Below are positions 17,155-26,716 of a stretch of 64,000 nt of DNA, piece by piece. The position numbers and the translations under genes were made by a program. The DNA lies in the sequence record NC_070981.1. One strand, 5' to 3'. Every line of letters starts with the position of its first letter. Position 1 is the first letter of the stretch. The notes under the pieces were generated by a model that was not told the DNA's origin, made no database searches, and worked only from the letters and a program-made list of their open reading frames with translations. The DNA is from Escherichia phage EK010.

Positions 17155-17781
17155 ATGAGCTTGTTAAGAGATTTTCAACACTATTATTGTGGAACATGGA
17201 TTGCTCAGCGATCACCTGATGGTAAAAACCTCCCTCTATATGTGCTTGATGTTCGTCAGCAAGGTAACTTTGATATCGACGACTACTCACACGACGCTGA
17301 AATGTCTTTAGTGTTTGAGGCGGAACGCTGGACTAAAAACTCTGAAGGTCAGTTTGAACGTCAGATTGTTAGTAATATCCCAGTGTTTGATCACAGCCTC
17401 ATTCTAGAGTCTCCAGATGTAGGATACCTTCAGCATGGTAATAACATGGTGAGCTGGACCCATATCAACCCTGTTCGTCAGCGAGCTAAAGGCTTGATGG
17501 GGAATAAACTTCGTGGTGCTGCACCTTCTCTCGGACGTTCGATTCCGGGTGATTTGGTGTACAACTTGTTTAATCCAGAGTTTGAAGGGTTGGTTACTCG
17601 TTTCATCTATATCAACCCTGTCGATGGAAAAGTGTATTACAAAGGGGCTTACGTTGGAAACGTGCTTCTTGAAGCTGGCTATGGCGACAACGGTCGCCAA
17701 TCTTTAAACCTTCTGGAGAAGTTCAAGCATATTTCTTCAGACCTGTCATCATATAATGTAGAGTTGGTGGAATCATTATGA
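17155..17781 (+). CDS. hypothetical protein (208 aa)
   Basis: Track ORF. Confidence 0.6.
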   Translation: MSLLRDFQHYYCGTWIAQRSPDGKNLPLYVLDVRQQGNFDIDDYSHDAEMSLVFEAERWTKNSEGQFERQIVSNIPVFDHSLILESPDVGYLQHGNNMVSWTHINPVRQRAKGLMGNKLRGAAPSLGRSIPGDLVYNLFNPEFEGLVTRFIYINPVDGKVYYKGAYVGNVLLEAGYGDNGRQSLNLLEKFKHISSDLSSYNVELVESL

Positions 17782-18878
17782 CAACCGTAGCACAAGTTTT
17801 TGGATACCGTAACCCTCGCTTATCTGAACCACATCCAAGTATTGCTTTTCAGTGTGGTGTAGGTATTGAGTTAGAAGTCGAAGGTACAATTGACATTGAC
17901 GCTGATATGTGGGTTTGTACTGAAGATGGCTCTCTTCGTGATGGTTGTGAATTAGTGTGTGCACGACCTTACAACGGTGAAGAATTACTTCGTGCTATTA
18001 ACAATCTGAGTGAAGCAGTACAGGACTCTGGAGCCGAGGGAACTTGGCGCTGCTCCACTCACGTTCATATGGATATGCGGGACGCTGATAGTAATATCCT
18101 TAAGAAAGTTATTCTTGGGTGGACGTTCTATGAAAAGATGATGTTCAAATGTTCTGGATATCATCGTTACCGTAGTAACTTCTGCCCAGCTTTTGCTGTT
18201 GTTCAAGCTCAAGTTATGAATGCTTCATCAGCGTTCAACCGAGATGGGGAAGATTTCTTCCGTACTCTTGTTAATAGCTGGGACAAGTATACCTCCCTTA
18301 ACCTGTTGCCTCTATCTCAGTTTGGTTCTGTTGAGTTTCGTATTTCAGAGCCGAAGTGGAAAAAGAGTCAGCTGCTAAATCTGGTCAATCGCTTCTTGGT
18401 TCTCAAGAAACTGGCTGTTGAATATGCAGATTTAGATAATGAAGCTTATGTTGAGAAGTTGAATGAGCTGCGCTTCGCTCCTATGATTCAACATCTACCT
18501 CTAGACTATACTCCAAGAGATAGCGATCTCACTGAAGGGTATCGTCTTGCCCGTGATATTCTGTTCTGTCGTGAGCAATCTGTAACTTTGGTTGGTCGTG
18601 TTCGTGTGCAACAGACTGGCCCTGATGGTGAAGTCCTTATCAACTTACGTGATATGAATGACTTCTATGGTTTCTTGGGATATGTGCGCGGTAATGCCAA
18701 CACTGTCTATGAAGAGATCATGACCTACTACACTCCTCAGATTGAAAGCACTCGAATCGCAACGGTTCGTGAAATTCGTCACATGTTTGCATTGATGCGT
18801 GAATCAGGTAGCAGTGATAATAACATCACTGATTACATTCCAGACCATCTGGAAATGCAATTAGAACGACTGCTGTAA
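17778..18878 (+). CDS. putative amidoligase (GS/GCS-like, Amidoligase_2-type)
   Basis: GVGIELEVEG and STHVHMD motifs; sits next to a GATase and an AIG2-like gene. Confidence 0.55.
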   Translation: MTTVAQVFGYRNPRLSEPHPSIAFQCGVGIELEVEGTIDIDADMWVCTEDGSLRDGCELVCARPYNGEELLRAINNLSEAVQDSGAEGTWRCSTHVHMDMRDADSNILKKVILGWTFYEKMMFKCSGYHRYRSNFCPAFAVVQAQVMNASSAFNRDGEDFFRTLVNSWDKYTSLNLLPLSQFGSVEFRISEPKWKKSQLLNLVNRFLVLKKLAVEYADLDNEAYVEKLNELRFAPMIQHLPLDYTPRDSDLTEGYRLARDILFCREQSVTLVGRVRVQQTGPDGEVLINLRDMNDFYGFLGYVRGNANTVYEEIMTYYTPQIESTRIATVREIRHMFALMRESGSSDNNITDYIPDHLEMQLERLL

Positions 18879-18955
18879 CACAATGGGCGCTCTGATAAAG
18901 GGCGCATTTAAAGGTTAATTAGATGAAAGGGTTTACCCTTCAGGTGGATTAGAAA

Positions 18956-20989
18956 ATTTGTGGTATCGTATTAGCTGGCGGCAACATGACCTCAACAGAT
19001 TTGGATATTTTCAACCAACTTCTGTATGCTGGTGTTTTCCGGGGACAGCACTCAACTGGTGTGTTTGGTCAGCGTAAAGGTGAAAAGCAAGTCTTCTCTT
19101 ATAAAGAAGCTCTTCCTTCTTATGCTTTTATGCTCCAGACAGAATATACAAATATTACCAAAGGGCTTACGAACTACGTGGTTCCTCCTTCGTGGATTGT
19201 TGGTCACAGCCGACATGCCACTCGTGGGGCTGTCAATGCTCGAAATGCTCACCCATTTACTCACGGGGATATTACTCTGGTTCATAATGGAACCCTGTTA
19301 GATCAAGATCTCCTTCCTGACAGTAAGCGTTTCGAAGTTGATAGTGAAAACATCTGCCACTCAATTAATACCATTGGAGCAGCAGAGACTATCCAAAAAC
19401 TGGATGGTGCATTCACTTTAATCTGGCATGACGCCAAAGATAACACGCTTCACATTATCCGTAATGATGAGCGTCCTTTCCACCTAGCCCGTTGTGGTTT
19501 AGATTGGTTTGGGGCTTCTGAAGAAGCTATGCTTATGTGGATTTTAGAGCGTTCTAAATCCCACAAGAACCGTATCAATGACCACTTCGAGTGTAAAGTG
19601 GGAACTGAGTATATCTTTGATGTGTCTAACAGTCGTATGACTCTGGTTCAAGAGGTGGAGCACAAGCTTCCGGTTTTTACGGTAACGAGTCGCTGGGGCG
19701 GCTATTACTCGAACTCCTCTCTATATCAGAACCAACAGACAAACAAATCAAGCAGCAGCACAAGCGACATTTACGGAAACAAAGACGACAAGCCCGGCGT
19801 GACAAGCGGAGACATTCGTCGTCGTAAAGCGATTGAAGACCAGAACAAACTGGCTGCCGATCGTGGTCTTCCTTATCGTCGTGATGGTCGTGTGGATATT
19901 ATTCCTCACGAGTTCCATGCTTATAACAACACAGATCGTGGTAAGATGGTTGGTTACATCTACGACGATAAAGCCCAAGAGTATGTCGAAGGGGATGTTC
20001 ACAACGTAGCCAAAGATGAATATCTTAAGGCTCTTGAAAACCCAAAGGTAGTATATCGCGGGACGATTGCTTGTATCTCCGAAGTGGACAGTATGATTCG
20101 CCTCGTACTAACTTCAGGGCTGTTTGTTGATGCTACAGATAAGGAGCCTCAAAGCACTACTGCTGATTTTGATGATGATATCCCTTTTGATGCAGAGGAC
20201 TCCTTCATCACTAAAAATGGTGTAGAAGTCACTCGTAAGTTCTGGGAATCTCACTCTCATGGTGATTGTGGTGGTTGTGATAAGCACATTGACTGGAAAG
20301 ATGCTCGTAAGGCTGTGTTTGCTTATCAAGCATACTGGCATCCAGAATGCTTCGAAGCGTTATCTAAAACCTCTGAAGATGAAGAAGATGTGCCTTTGGG
20401 TGTATGTGCTATCTGTGGTGAAGTCAAGACTGATTTCGAGTTTGACAACGAAATGAGTAAACTTCGTGGTGAAGACGTTTGTTATATCTGCTCCAAAGAA
20501 ATCAAAGATAAAGTAAAGAATGTTACTCTATCTGAAGGTTATATTTGGACTAAAGCAGTAGACACAACCAACCCACGTCGTCCTGAAGTAGCTGTTCGTG
20601 TTGATGAACGTATGCTTAGCCGTATGATCGTAATGGTTAGCTCAGCAAAACGTTCAGGGGATATCACACTTGCAGATGTTCCTAATTCGTATTTGGAAAA
20701 ACGTGGTGGTGATACTTATGCCATCTCTGTTTATGGTCCAAAGAATGCCCCAAAGGAGGTACCCGCTGAGAAAGCGGAGACATTTCCAGAAAAGTCAACC
20801 TCTCTCCGAAAAACAGTTGTCAGTTACGATGGACAACGAACAGCTGAGTTTACAAAAGCCCTCTGGACTTCAATTGGGTTTTGTGCAGTCTGTTATAAAC
20901 AAATTCCGTGGCGTGATGCAGAAACTTGCTCACTAAACAAAGAAAATAGAGTGATCTGTAATTCAGATTACTGTAAAGGTAAACACTAA
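18956..20989 (+). CDS. class-II (Ntn) glutamine amidotransferase with Cys-rich C-terminal extension
   Basis: CGIVLAGG...LQ-like RGQHSTGV...HSRHATRG...NAHPF motifs; Cys nucleophile lies 9 codons upstream of the first ATG (18986), implying ATT start at ~18956 after AGGTGG SD. Confidence 0.8.
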   Translation: MCGIVLAGGNMTSTDLDIFNQLLYAGVFRGQHSTGVFGQRKGEKQVFSYKEALPSYAFMLQTEYTNITKGLTNYVVPPSWIVGHSRHATRGAVNARNAHPFTHGDITLVHNGTLLDQDLLPDSKRFEVDSENICHSINTIGAAETIQKLDGAFTLIWHDAKDNTLHIIRNDERPFHLARCGLDWFGASEEAMLMWILERSKSHKNRINDHFECKVGTEYIFDVSNSRMTLVQEVEHKLPVFTVTSRWGGYYSNSSLYQNQQTNKSSSSTSDIYGNKDDKPGVTSGDIRRRKAIEDQNKLAADRGLPYRRDGRVDIIPHEFHAYNNTDRGKMVGYIYDDKAQEYVEGDVHNVAKDEYLKALENPKVVYRGTIACISEVDSMIRLVLTSGLFVDATDKEPQSTTADFDDDIPFDAEDSFITKNGVEVTRKFWESHSHGDCGGCDKHIDWKDARKAVFAYQAYWHPECFEALSKTSEDEEDVPLGVCAICGEVKTDFEFDNEMSKLRGEDVCYICSKEIKDKVKNVTLSEGYIWTKAVDTTNPRRPEVAVRVDERMLSRMIVMVSSAKRSGDITLADVPNSYLEKRGGDTYAISVYGPKNAPKEVPAEKAETFPEKSTSLRKTVVSYDGQRTAEFTKALWTSIGFCAVCYKQIPWRDAETCSLNKENRVICNSDYCKGKH

Positions 20990-21000
20990 GAGGTATAGTT

Positions 21001-21234
21001 ATGGAAGTTCGTAAACTGATGTTGGATAACGTGGTAACTACCCGTCGTATTCCGATGACAAGCACAGGATGTGATAACCTCCGAGCAATTCAGAAGTGGA
21101 TGCAAGAAGGTATTGGGAAGCTGGTTGACTCTCCAGTAGAAATCCCTTTTCCAACCGTCATTAATAACGTGTTGGCTGACTATGTTAAAATGAAGGGGAT
21201 TAAAGTTGAGCCTCATGTCAAGCAAGGGAGCTAA
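21001..21234 (+). CDS. hypothetical protein (77 aa)
   Basis: Track ORF. Confidence 0.5.
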   Translation: MEVRKLMLDNVVTTRRIPMTSTGCDNLRAIQKWMQEGIGKLVDSPVEIPFPTVINNVLADYVKMKGIKVEPHVKQGS

Positions 21235-21436
21235 GCCTCACCTGACAATGCTGGAGTATCAACAACTCCGACTTCAACAACTGGTAACGGAGCAGCGAAA
21301 GCTGTATCCGTTTGCTTTTAACCTAATTGATTCACCAAGCGATGACCAAGAAGACGAGATGTTCGCCAAGTATTGGGAAATCGAAGTTAAAATTCAATCC
21401 TGTCGTAACGAAATTCTTAAACTAAAAGGTATCTAA
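21206..21436 (+). CDS. hypothetical protein (76 aa)
   Basis: Track ORF; start uncertain. Confidence 0.45.
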   Translation: MSLMSSKGAKPHLTMLEYQQLRLQQLVTEQRKLYPFAFNLIDSPSDDQEDEMFAKYWEIEVKIQSCRNEILKLKGI

Positions 21437-21438
21437 AA

Positions 21439-22674
21439 ATGACTACTCGTATCCGTGTTCTTCCGTATGGCCCTTCTGATTCTGTTAACGCTCTGGTAAC
21501 TGCCATTAACGATACTATCCGTGATGAACGTATCAACGCTAACATAATGGGTCTTCTTTCAGAGAACAGTCGCTGGCGTTCTCGTGAGGGTGATGTGGTT
21601 GTGAACTACGGGAACCGTCGCTATCCTGAATCCTTCTTTGGTTCTGCAACTGTCCTTAACCGTACCGCAGCCTTACATATGGCAGCGAACAAACGTCGTG
21701 CTTTCAGCGTGATGGACCAAGCAGGTGTTAAAACTGTTGAGTATACAGATGTTCAAGAGATTGCTCAGGAGTGGTCAAACTCTGGCAACATTGTGTATGA
21801 ACGTCATGAACTGACTGGTCACTCTGGTTCGGGTATCGTTGTTGTTGAGCCTCGTGATTCAATTGGTCAAGCTGAACTGTACACCAAAGGTATTCAAGGT
21901 CCACGTCGTGAATGGCGTGTCCATGTGTTCAAAGGTGTTATCACCTATGTTCAGAAGAAGATTCGTCGTAACGGCTATCGTGAAGACCCTAACTATCGTG
22001 AAGATGTTCGTAACCATCACACTGGTTGGGTTTACTCAAGTTCCTTCACAGACGCTCCAAATGATGCATCTCTGATCAACGCAGTGAAAGCTGTTGAATC
22101 AATGGGTCTGGATTTCGGTGCAGTTGATATCATCACCAAAGGTCAAGAAGCGTGGGTACTGGAAGTTAATACAGCACCGGGCCTGACTGGTACAACTCTG
22201 GATACCTACCGTCATAACATTCTTGAGTTTGTTAAAGCTCAAAACCCTCTCTATACCCCTCAGTATAAAGTGGTTTACCAGACTCCGATTGAAGATGGAG
22301 ACGGTGAGTTGGTGGATGATATTGAAAGTGCTGATGATGAAAACTTTGCACTGGAAGGACAAGTAGCACAGCCGATTGATTCAGTTGATGTGGTTCCTGA
22401 AGAAATGCAACTGGAAGGTCAGATGAATACTCAAACTATTCGTAATGCACCTACTGGCTACACTTTGTCTCGTGGCTACTGGATTGCAAATATCCGTCAT
22501 GTCCACAACAACCTGCAACCGAATGCAATGTCTGCCAATGTCATCCTGTTCTGTGATGGTCGTAACTTCTACCGCAGTGGTTGGAACGTTCCGGTCAATC
22601 CAGTCCAGATTCATAACCCTCGCAAGTTAGAGTCTGTCAATGTTGAAGGTAGCGAAGTAGCAGTAACTCTGTAA
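21439..22674 (+). CDS. ATP-grasp family ligase
   Basis: GHSGSGIVVV, EWRVHVF, WVLEVNTAPGLTG motifs. Confidence 0.7.
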   Translation: MTTRIRVLPYGPSDSVNALVTAINDTIRDERINANIMGLLSENSRWRSREGDVVVNYGNRRYPESFFGSATVLNRTAALHMAANKRRAFSVMDQAGVKTVEYTDVQEIAQEWSNSGNIVYERHELTGHSGSGIVVVEPRDSIGQAELYTKGIQGPRREWRVHVFKGVITYVQKKIRRNGYREDPNYREDVRNHHTGWVYSSSFTDAPNDASLINAVKAVESMGLDFGAVDIITKGQEAWVLEVNTAPGLTGTTLDTYRHNILEFVKAQNPLYTPQYKVVYQTPIEDGDGELVDDIESADDENFALEGQVAQPIDSVDVVPEEMQLEGQMNTQTIRNAPTGYTLSRGYWIANIRHVHNNLQPNAMSANVILFCDGRNFYRSGWNVPVNPVQIHNPRKLESVNVEGSEVAVTL

Positions 22675-22705
22675 TTAAATTAAATTAAACAAAAAGGAAT
22701 TTGTA

Positions 22706-22948
22706 ATGTTGTCTATCGAAGATTTGATCAGCCGTGGAATGACCGAAGAAAAAGAGCCTCTGATTGTAGGCTCTCGTAAAGCTATCAACCAACTCTGTGA
22801 AGAGTTCGGAATCACAAATAAGAGAATGATTGGTAATCAGTTCTCTGCAATCATCACCTTCCTCAAACGAGGTGATAAATATTCAATGGAATGTGCTGAG
22901 CGTATCATCGCAATTGCACAAGCAGATAAGGGAGTAACAAATCTATGA
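22706..22948 (+). CDS. hypothetical protein (80 aa)
   Basis: Track ORF. Confidence 0.5.
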   Translation: MLSIEDLISRGMTEEKEPLIVGSRKAINQLCEEFGITNKRMIGNQFSAIITFLKRGDKYSMECAERIIAIAQADKGVTNL

Positions 22949-23130
22949 ATAAATACACAATCATGTTTCGTACAATGTCAGCAGAAGGAAATATTCAATC
23001 TCTGGACATTCAAGCAGATCGCTTTGAATCACTTGGAACAAGTGTTAACTTCTTCCGAGGTACAGAGCTAGTGGGTACATTCCAATCTGATGTGTTGACT
23101 GGTGTGATCAAACACTTCGAAGTAGAATAA
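22945..23130 (+). CDS. hypothetical protein (61 aa)
   Basis: Track ORF. Confidence 0.45.
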   Translation: MNKYTIMFRTMSAEGNIQSLDIQADRFESLGTSVNFFRGTELVGTFQSDVLTGVIKHFEVE

Positions 23131-23189
23131 TTTGCTTTAGCCTCTTCGAAAGAGGGGGCTAGTTCGAATTTAGCTTACAAAGGAGTTTT

Positions 23190-23726
23190 ATGGAATGGAG
23201 AGAACTTCCCGGATATGAGGGACAGTATTCAATCTCTGATAAAGGGGATATCCGTAGTAATTACCGATGGTATCTTAACCCTAAGACACTAACACGCCAT
23301 AAGAAAGATCGTGAATTGATTATGACACCCAATGTTGGTTCAGCGGGTTATGCTCGAATCAAATTAAGTGATCAGATTTTTCATCCGTATCACAGATTGG
23401 TAGCTATTGTTTGGGTAAGCAATCCAGAAAACAAACCTTTCATCAACCATAAAGATGGAAACAAACTGAACAACAACCCTTCTAATCTAGAATGGGTTAC
23501 TTGTCAGGAAAACAATATACATGCATATCAGACAGGTTTAAACTCTGGTATGCTAAGAGCAGAAACCCTTTCACATGTGTGGAATTTTATATCTCCCGAA
23601 GGGGTTCAAACCGAAATCACTAACCTTTGTAAATATTGTAGAGAGAATGATTTATCTAAGTCCTCTATGATAGCAGTACACAAAGGAACTCAATATCAAC
23701 ATAAGGGTTGGAAAAGAAATGAGTAA
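23190..23726 (+). CDS. HNH homing endonuclease (NUMOD4-like N-terminus)
   Basis: WRELPGYEGQYSISDKGDIRS and NHKDGNKLNNNPSNLEWVTCQENNIHA motifs. Confidence 0.8.
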   Translation: MEWRELPGYEGQYSISDKGDIRSNYRWYLNPKTLTRHKKDRELIMTPNVGSAGYARIKLSDQIFHPYHRLVAIVWVSNPENKPFINHKDGNKLNNNPSNLEWVTCQENNIHAYQTGLNSGMLRAETLSHVWNFISPEGVQTEITNLCKYCRENDLSKSSMIAVHKGTQYQHKGWKRNE

Positions 23727-24153
23727 TGAGAAAGTTTTAGTAGCAACTTACGGCAGCTTGAGAAAAGGTCAACACAACCACGCTATCAATGCTCGTGCAG
23801 GTGGTGTGTCTATCGGTGAAGGGTGGACAGTAAACAACTGTAACCTGTATCAGTATTGCACAGCATACTTCCCAAGTGTATCTCTGGTGCATAACAGCAA
23901 TGGTAAGCCTGTTCGTGTAGAGGTCTTTGAGACAACCCAAGCTGGTCTGGAAGGCCCATATGACGGTCTGGAAGGTCACCGTGGCAATGATAACCCATAC
24001 ACCTTTTACAAACGTACATTGATCCCAGTATTATTGGACAGTGGTGAAACTGTGGAAGCGTGGATTTACCATATTGACGAAGAACAAGATGTTCTTGTTG
24101 AATCTGGTGACTGGACAGCATATCTGGCAGGTGAGAAGGATGACAGTAACTGA
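23719..24153 (+). CDS. gamma-glutamyl cyclotransferase (AIG2/GGCT)-like protein
   Basis: N-terminal VATYGSLRKG motif. Confidence 0.65.
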   Translation: MSNEKVLVATYGSLRKGQHNHAINARAGGVSIGEGWTVNNCNLYQYCTAYFPSVSLVHNSNGKPVRVEVFETTQAGLEGPYDGLEGHRGNDNPYTFYKRTLIPVLLDSGETVEAWIYHIDEEQDVLVESGDWTAYLAGEKDDSN

Positions 24154-24346
24154 CAGGCAGAAGTTAAGAAAGCTGGAATCTGACTACTTGAAGATGCGGT
24201 GGAAAATTAATCGCTATGAAAAGTTTGTCAGTATGCTCACACCTGATAAGCACTCTGAAGAATTTATTCACAGAACAAAGCAAACCTTGCAGGGTTTTAG
24301 AAACTTGCAAGATGATGTGTGGGAAGAAATACGATCGTTTTACTAA
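24140..24346 (+). CDS. hypothetical small protein
   Basis: Internal ATG of track ORF 24041-24346 with GAGAAGG SD. Confidence 0.4.
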   Translation: MTVTDRQKLRKLESDYLKMRWKINRYEKFVSMLTPDKHSEEFIHRTKQTLQGFRNLQDDVWEEIRSFY

Positions 24347-24381
24347 GAAGATTGCTCAAGGAATTCCAAGGAGGATAGAGC

Positions 24382-26172
24382 ATGTCAAAGATCATTTTGG
24401 GAGACACAGGCTGTAAAGAGTGTATCTCTCATGGTCGTGATAAGACCCGCAATCACATGATTCTCTTCCGAAATGAAGAGTCCGGTGAGGAGTGGGGTTC
24501 ATGTAACAGATGTGGTGCGTATGAAATCTTCGAGAAAGGAACGACGCCCACTCCTAATGAAAAGAAAGAGCTGTCCCCTGAAGAACTCCGAGAAGTCTTA
24601 GACGATTGCTTAGAGCTTCCTCAGGGAGAGTTGACTCGTCGCTTAATTCCTAAAGCTGTATCTGAACGTTATGGATGCCGTATCGGTTTAAGCCAAACAG
24701 ATGGTCAAACTCCTGACAGCTACTTCTTCCCTCGTGAACGTGATGGGAACATTGTTGGATATGAAGTAAAACTTCTAGACAGCAAGAAGTTCTATTATGT
24801 AGGTAATGTGAAAGAAGCCGACTTGTTTGGTATGGCTCAAGCACAACGTGGTGACGTATACAACAAGAAACTCTTCATCTTTGAAGATCCTCTCTCTTGT
24901 ATGTCTGGGTTCCACGTACTTACCGCGTTTACAAACGCAACTAACATCAAACCTGCTTGCGTCTCTCTTCCGTTCGGTGCAGGTTCAATCTCTTCTGTAT
25001 TATCAAGAAACCGTGATTTTATTAATGGTTTCGAGGAGATTGTACTCTGCATGGACAATGATGATGCAGGTGAGATTGCTTTAACTAAGGGTCGTTCTCT
25101 GTACCCGCATGTTAAGTTTGCAAGGATTCCAAAAGGTACGTTCACTTATAACGGACAAGAAAAGGAAATCAAAGATGCAAACGACATGTTACTTGCAGGG
25201 AGAGGTCAAGAGCTTTTCAACAATCTGAAATATTCAGCTAAGCGGGAATCTCCTGCTGGAGCTGTTACAGTTTTTGATTGCCTCGAAGATGCTCTGAAGA
25301 AAGCGGAATGGGGTATCCCTTATCCGTGGAAAACTCTCAATGACATGACCTTTGGTATTCGTTGGGGAGAGATGGTTGCAATCGGTGGTGGTGTTGGTTC
25401 AGGTAAAACCTTAATCGCACATGAACTGGTAGCATGGCTTTGCCTTGAGCACGGTTTTAATGGTGGTGGCTTCTTCTTGGAAGAGAAGGTAGGCATGTCT
25501 GTTAAGAACATTGCAGGTAAATCCGCATCCATCCCATTCCACCGACCAGATGTTGAGTATGAAGAAAGTCAGCTACGAGATGAAGCACTTCGATACGCTG
25601 ATAAGTTTTTCTTGTACGACAACTTTGGGCAGAATGAGTGGGAAGACATTAAGCAGTGTATTCGCTTTTGGGTAGTTGAGAATCAGTGTAAATTTATCAT
25701 TCTTGATAACATCACTGCATTGGTATCTCACTTAACTCCGTCTGAGGTAAATACAGAAATCAGCAAGATTGCTTCAGAGCTTGCTGGTATGTGTAAGGAA
25801 CTGGACTTCACTGCTTTTGTGTTATCTCACTTGAATGCTCCGGCGGGCGGTGCCCCTCACGAAGAAGGTGGTCAGGTTAAAGAAGTACAGTTTACTGGCT
25901 CACGTTCATTAATGCGCTGGTGTCAATGTATTATCGGTTTCGAACGTAATAAACAAGCGGATGGGTTAGGTAAAAACTTGTCAATCATACGTCTGCTCAA
26001 AGAACGTAACTACGGACAGACAGGGGTTTGCTATACCAAATACATTAACGAAACAGGTCGTCTTGTGGAACGAGAAGATCATGAAGTTGATGAAGATAAT
26101 CCGTTTACAGTCACCAATGGAGAAGATGCAGCTTCCTTACTTTCACAAGAAGGGGAGGCACGTCCATGGTAA
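24382..26172 (+). CDS. DNA primase/helicase (T7 gp4-like)
   Basis: N-terminal Cys4 zinc ribbon, Walker [10 protein letters not shown], Walker B FIILDNIT. Confidence 0.85.
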   Translation: MSKIILGDTGCKECISHGRDKTRNHMILFRNEESGEEWGSCNRCGAYEIFEKGTTPTPNEKKELSPEELREVLDDCLELPQGELTRRLIPKAVSERYGCRIGLSQTDGQTPDSYFFPRERDGNIVGYEVKLLDSKKFYYVGNVKEADLFGMAQAQRGDVYNKKLFIFEDPLSCMSGFHVLTAFTNATNIKPACVSLPFGAGSISSVLSRNRDFINGFEEIVLCMDNDDAGEIALTKGRSLYPHVKFARIPKGTFTYNGQEKEIKDANDMLLAGRGQELFNNLKYSAKRESPAGAVTVFDCLEDALKKAEWGIPYPWKTLNDMTFGIRWGEMVAIGGGVGSGKTLIAHELVAWLCLEHGFNGGGFFLEEKVGMSVKNIAGKSASIPFHRPDVEYEESQLRDEALRYADKFFLYDNFGQNEWEDIKQCIRFWVVENQCKFIILDNITALVSHLTPSEVNTEISKIASELAGMCKELDFTAFVLSHLNAPAGGAPHEEGGQVKEVQFTGSRSLMRWCQCIIGFERNKQADGLGKNLSIIRLLKERNYGQTGVCYTKYINETGRLVEREDHEVDEDNPFTVTNGEDAASLLSQEGEARPW

Positions 26173-26714
26173 AGAAACTGTATGCGTTTGATATTGAAGG
26201 TGATAACCTCTATGACGGTATTCAGAATGTCTGGTGTATATGGATATTTGATGTACTGTCTGGAGAACGGTGGGGGTATCGCCCTCACCAAATTGAAGAA
26301 GCACTACACAAACTGAAAGAAGCTGATGTAGTAATAGGTCACAATATTATTGATTTTGACCTTCCTGCTTTGTTTAAATTCTACTCTCATGTGATACCTT
26401 TTCGTTTTAATGTCTTTGATACCCTGTGCCTGAGTCGATACCTCAAGCCTGATCGTATTGGTGACAGTCCAGAATACCCCAAAGGCGACCCTAGACATGG
26501 ACCTCGCGGTCATGGCCTCAAGCAATGGGGCGAATTTCTGGGAGAGCTGAAGGGTGATTATGGCGAACAGGAAGAAGCATGGGATGCATTCACTGAAGAC
26601 ATGTTCACATATTGTGAGCAAGACGTTAACTTGACAGTTAAGGTTTACATGTGTCTTTGTCAAATGGCAGGATTTGATTATAAGAATCCCCCATCTCTCA
26701 ACTGGAAAATGTAG
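26166..26714 (+). CDS. DnaQ-like 3'-5' exonuclease (separately encoded proofreading domain)
   Basis: Exo I FDIEGD, Exo [13 protein letters not shown], Exo [11 protein letters not shown]. Confidence 0.8.
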   Translation: MVKKLYAFDIEGDNLYDGIQNVWCIWIFDVLSGERWGYRPHQIEEALHKLKEADVVIGHNIIDFDLPALFKFYSHVIPFRFNVFDTLCLSRYLKPDRIGDSPEYPKGDPRHGPRGHGLKQWGEFLGELKGDYGEQEEAWDAFTEDMFTYCEQDVNLTVKVYMCLCQMAGFDYKNPPSLNWKM

Positions 26715-26716
26715 AA

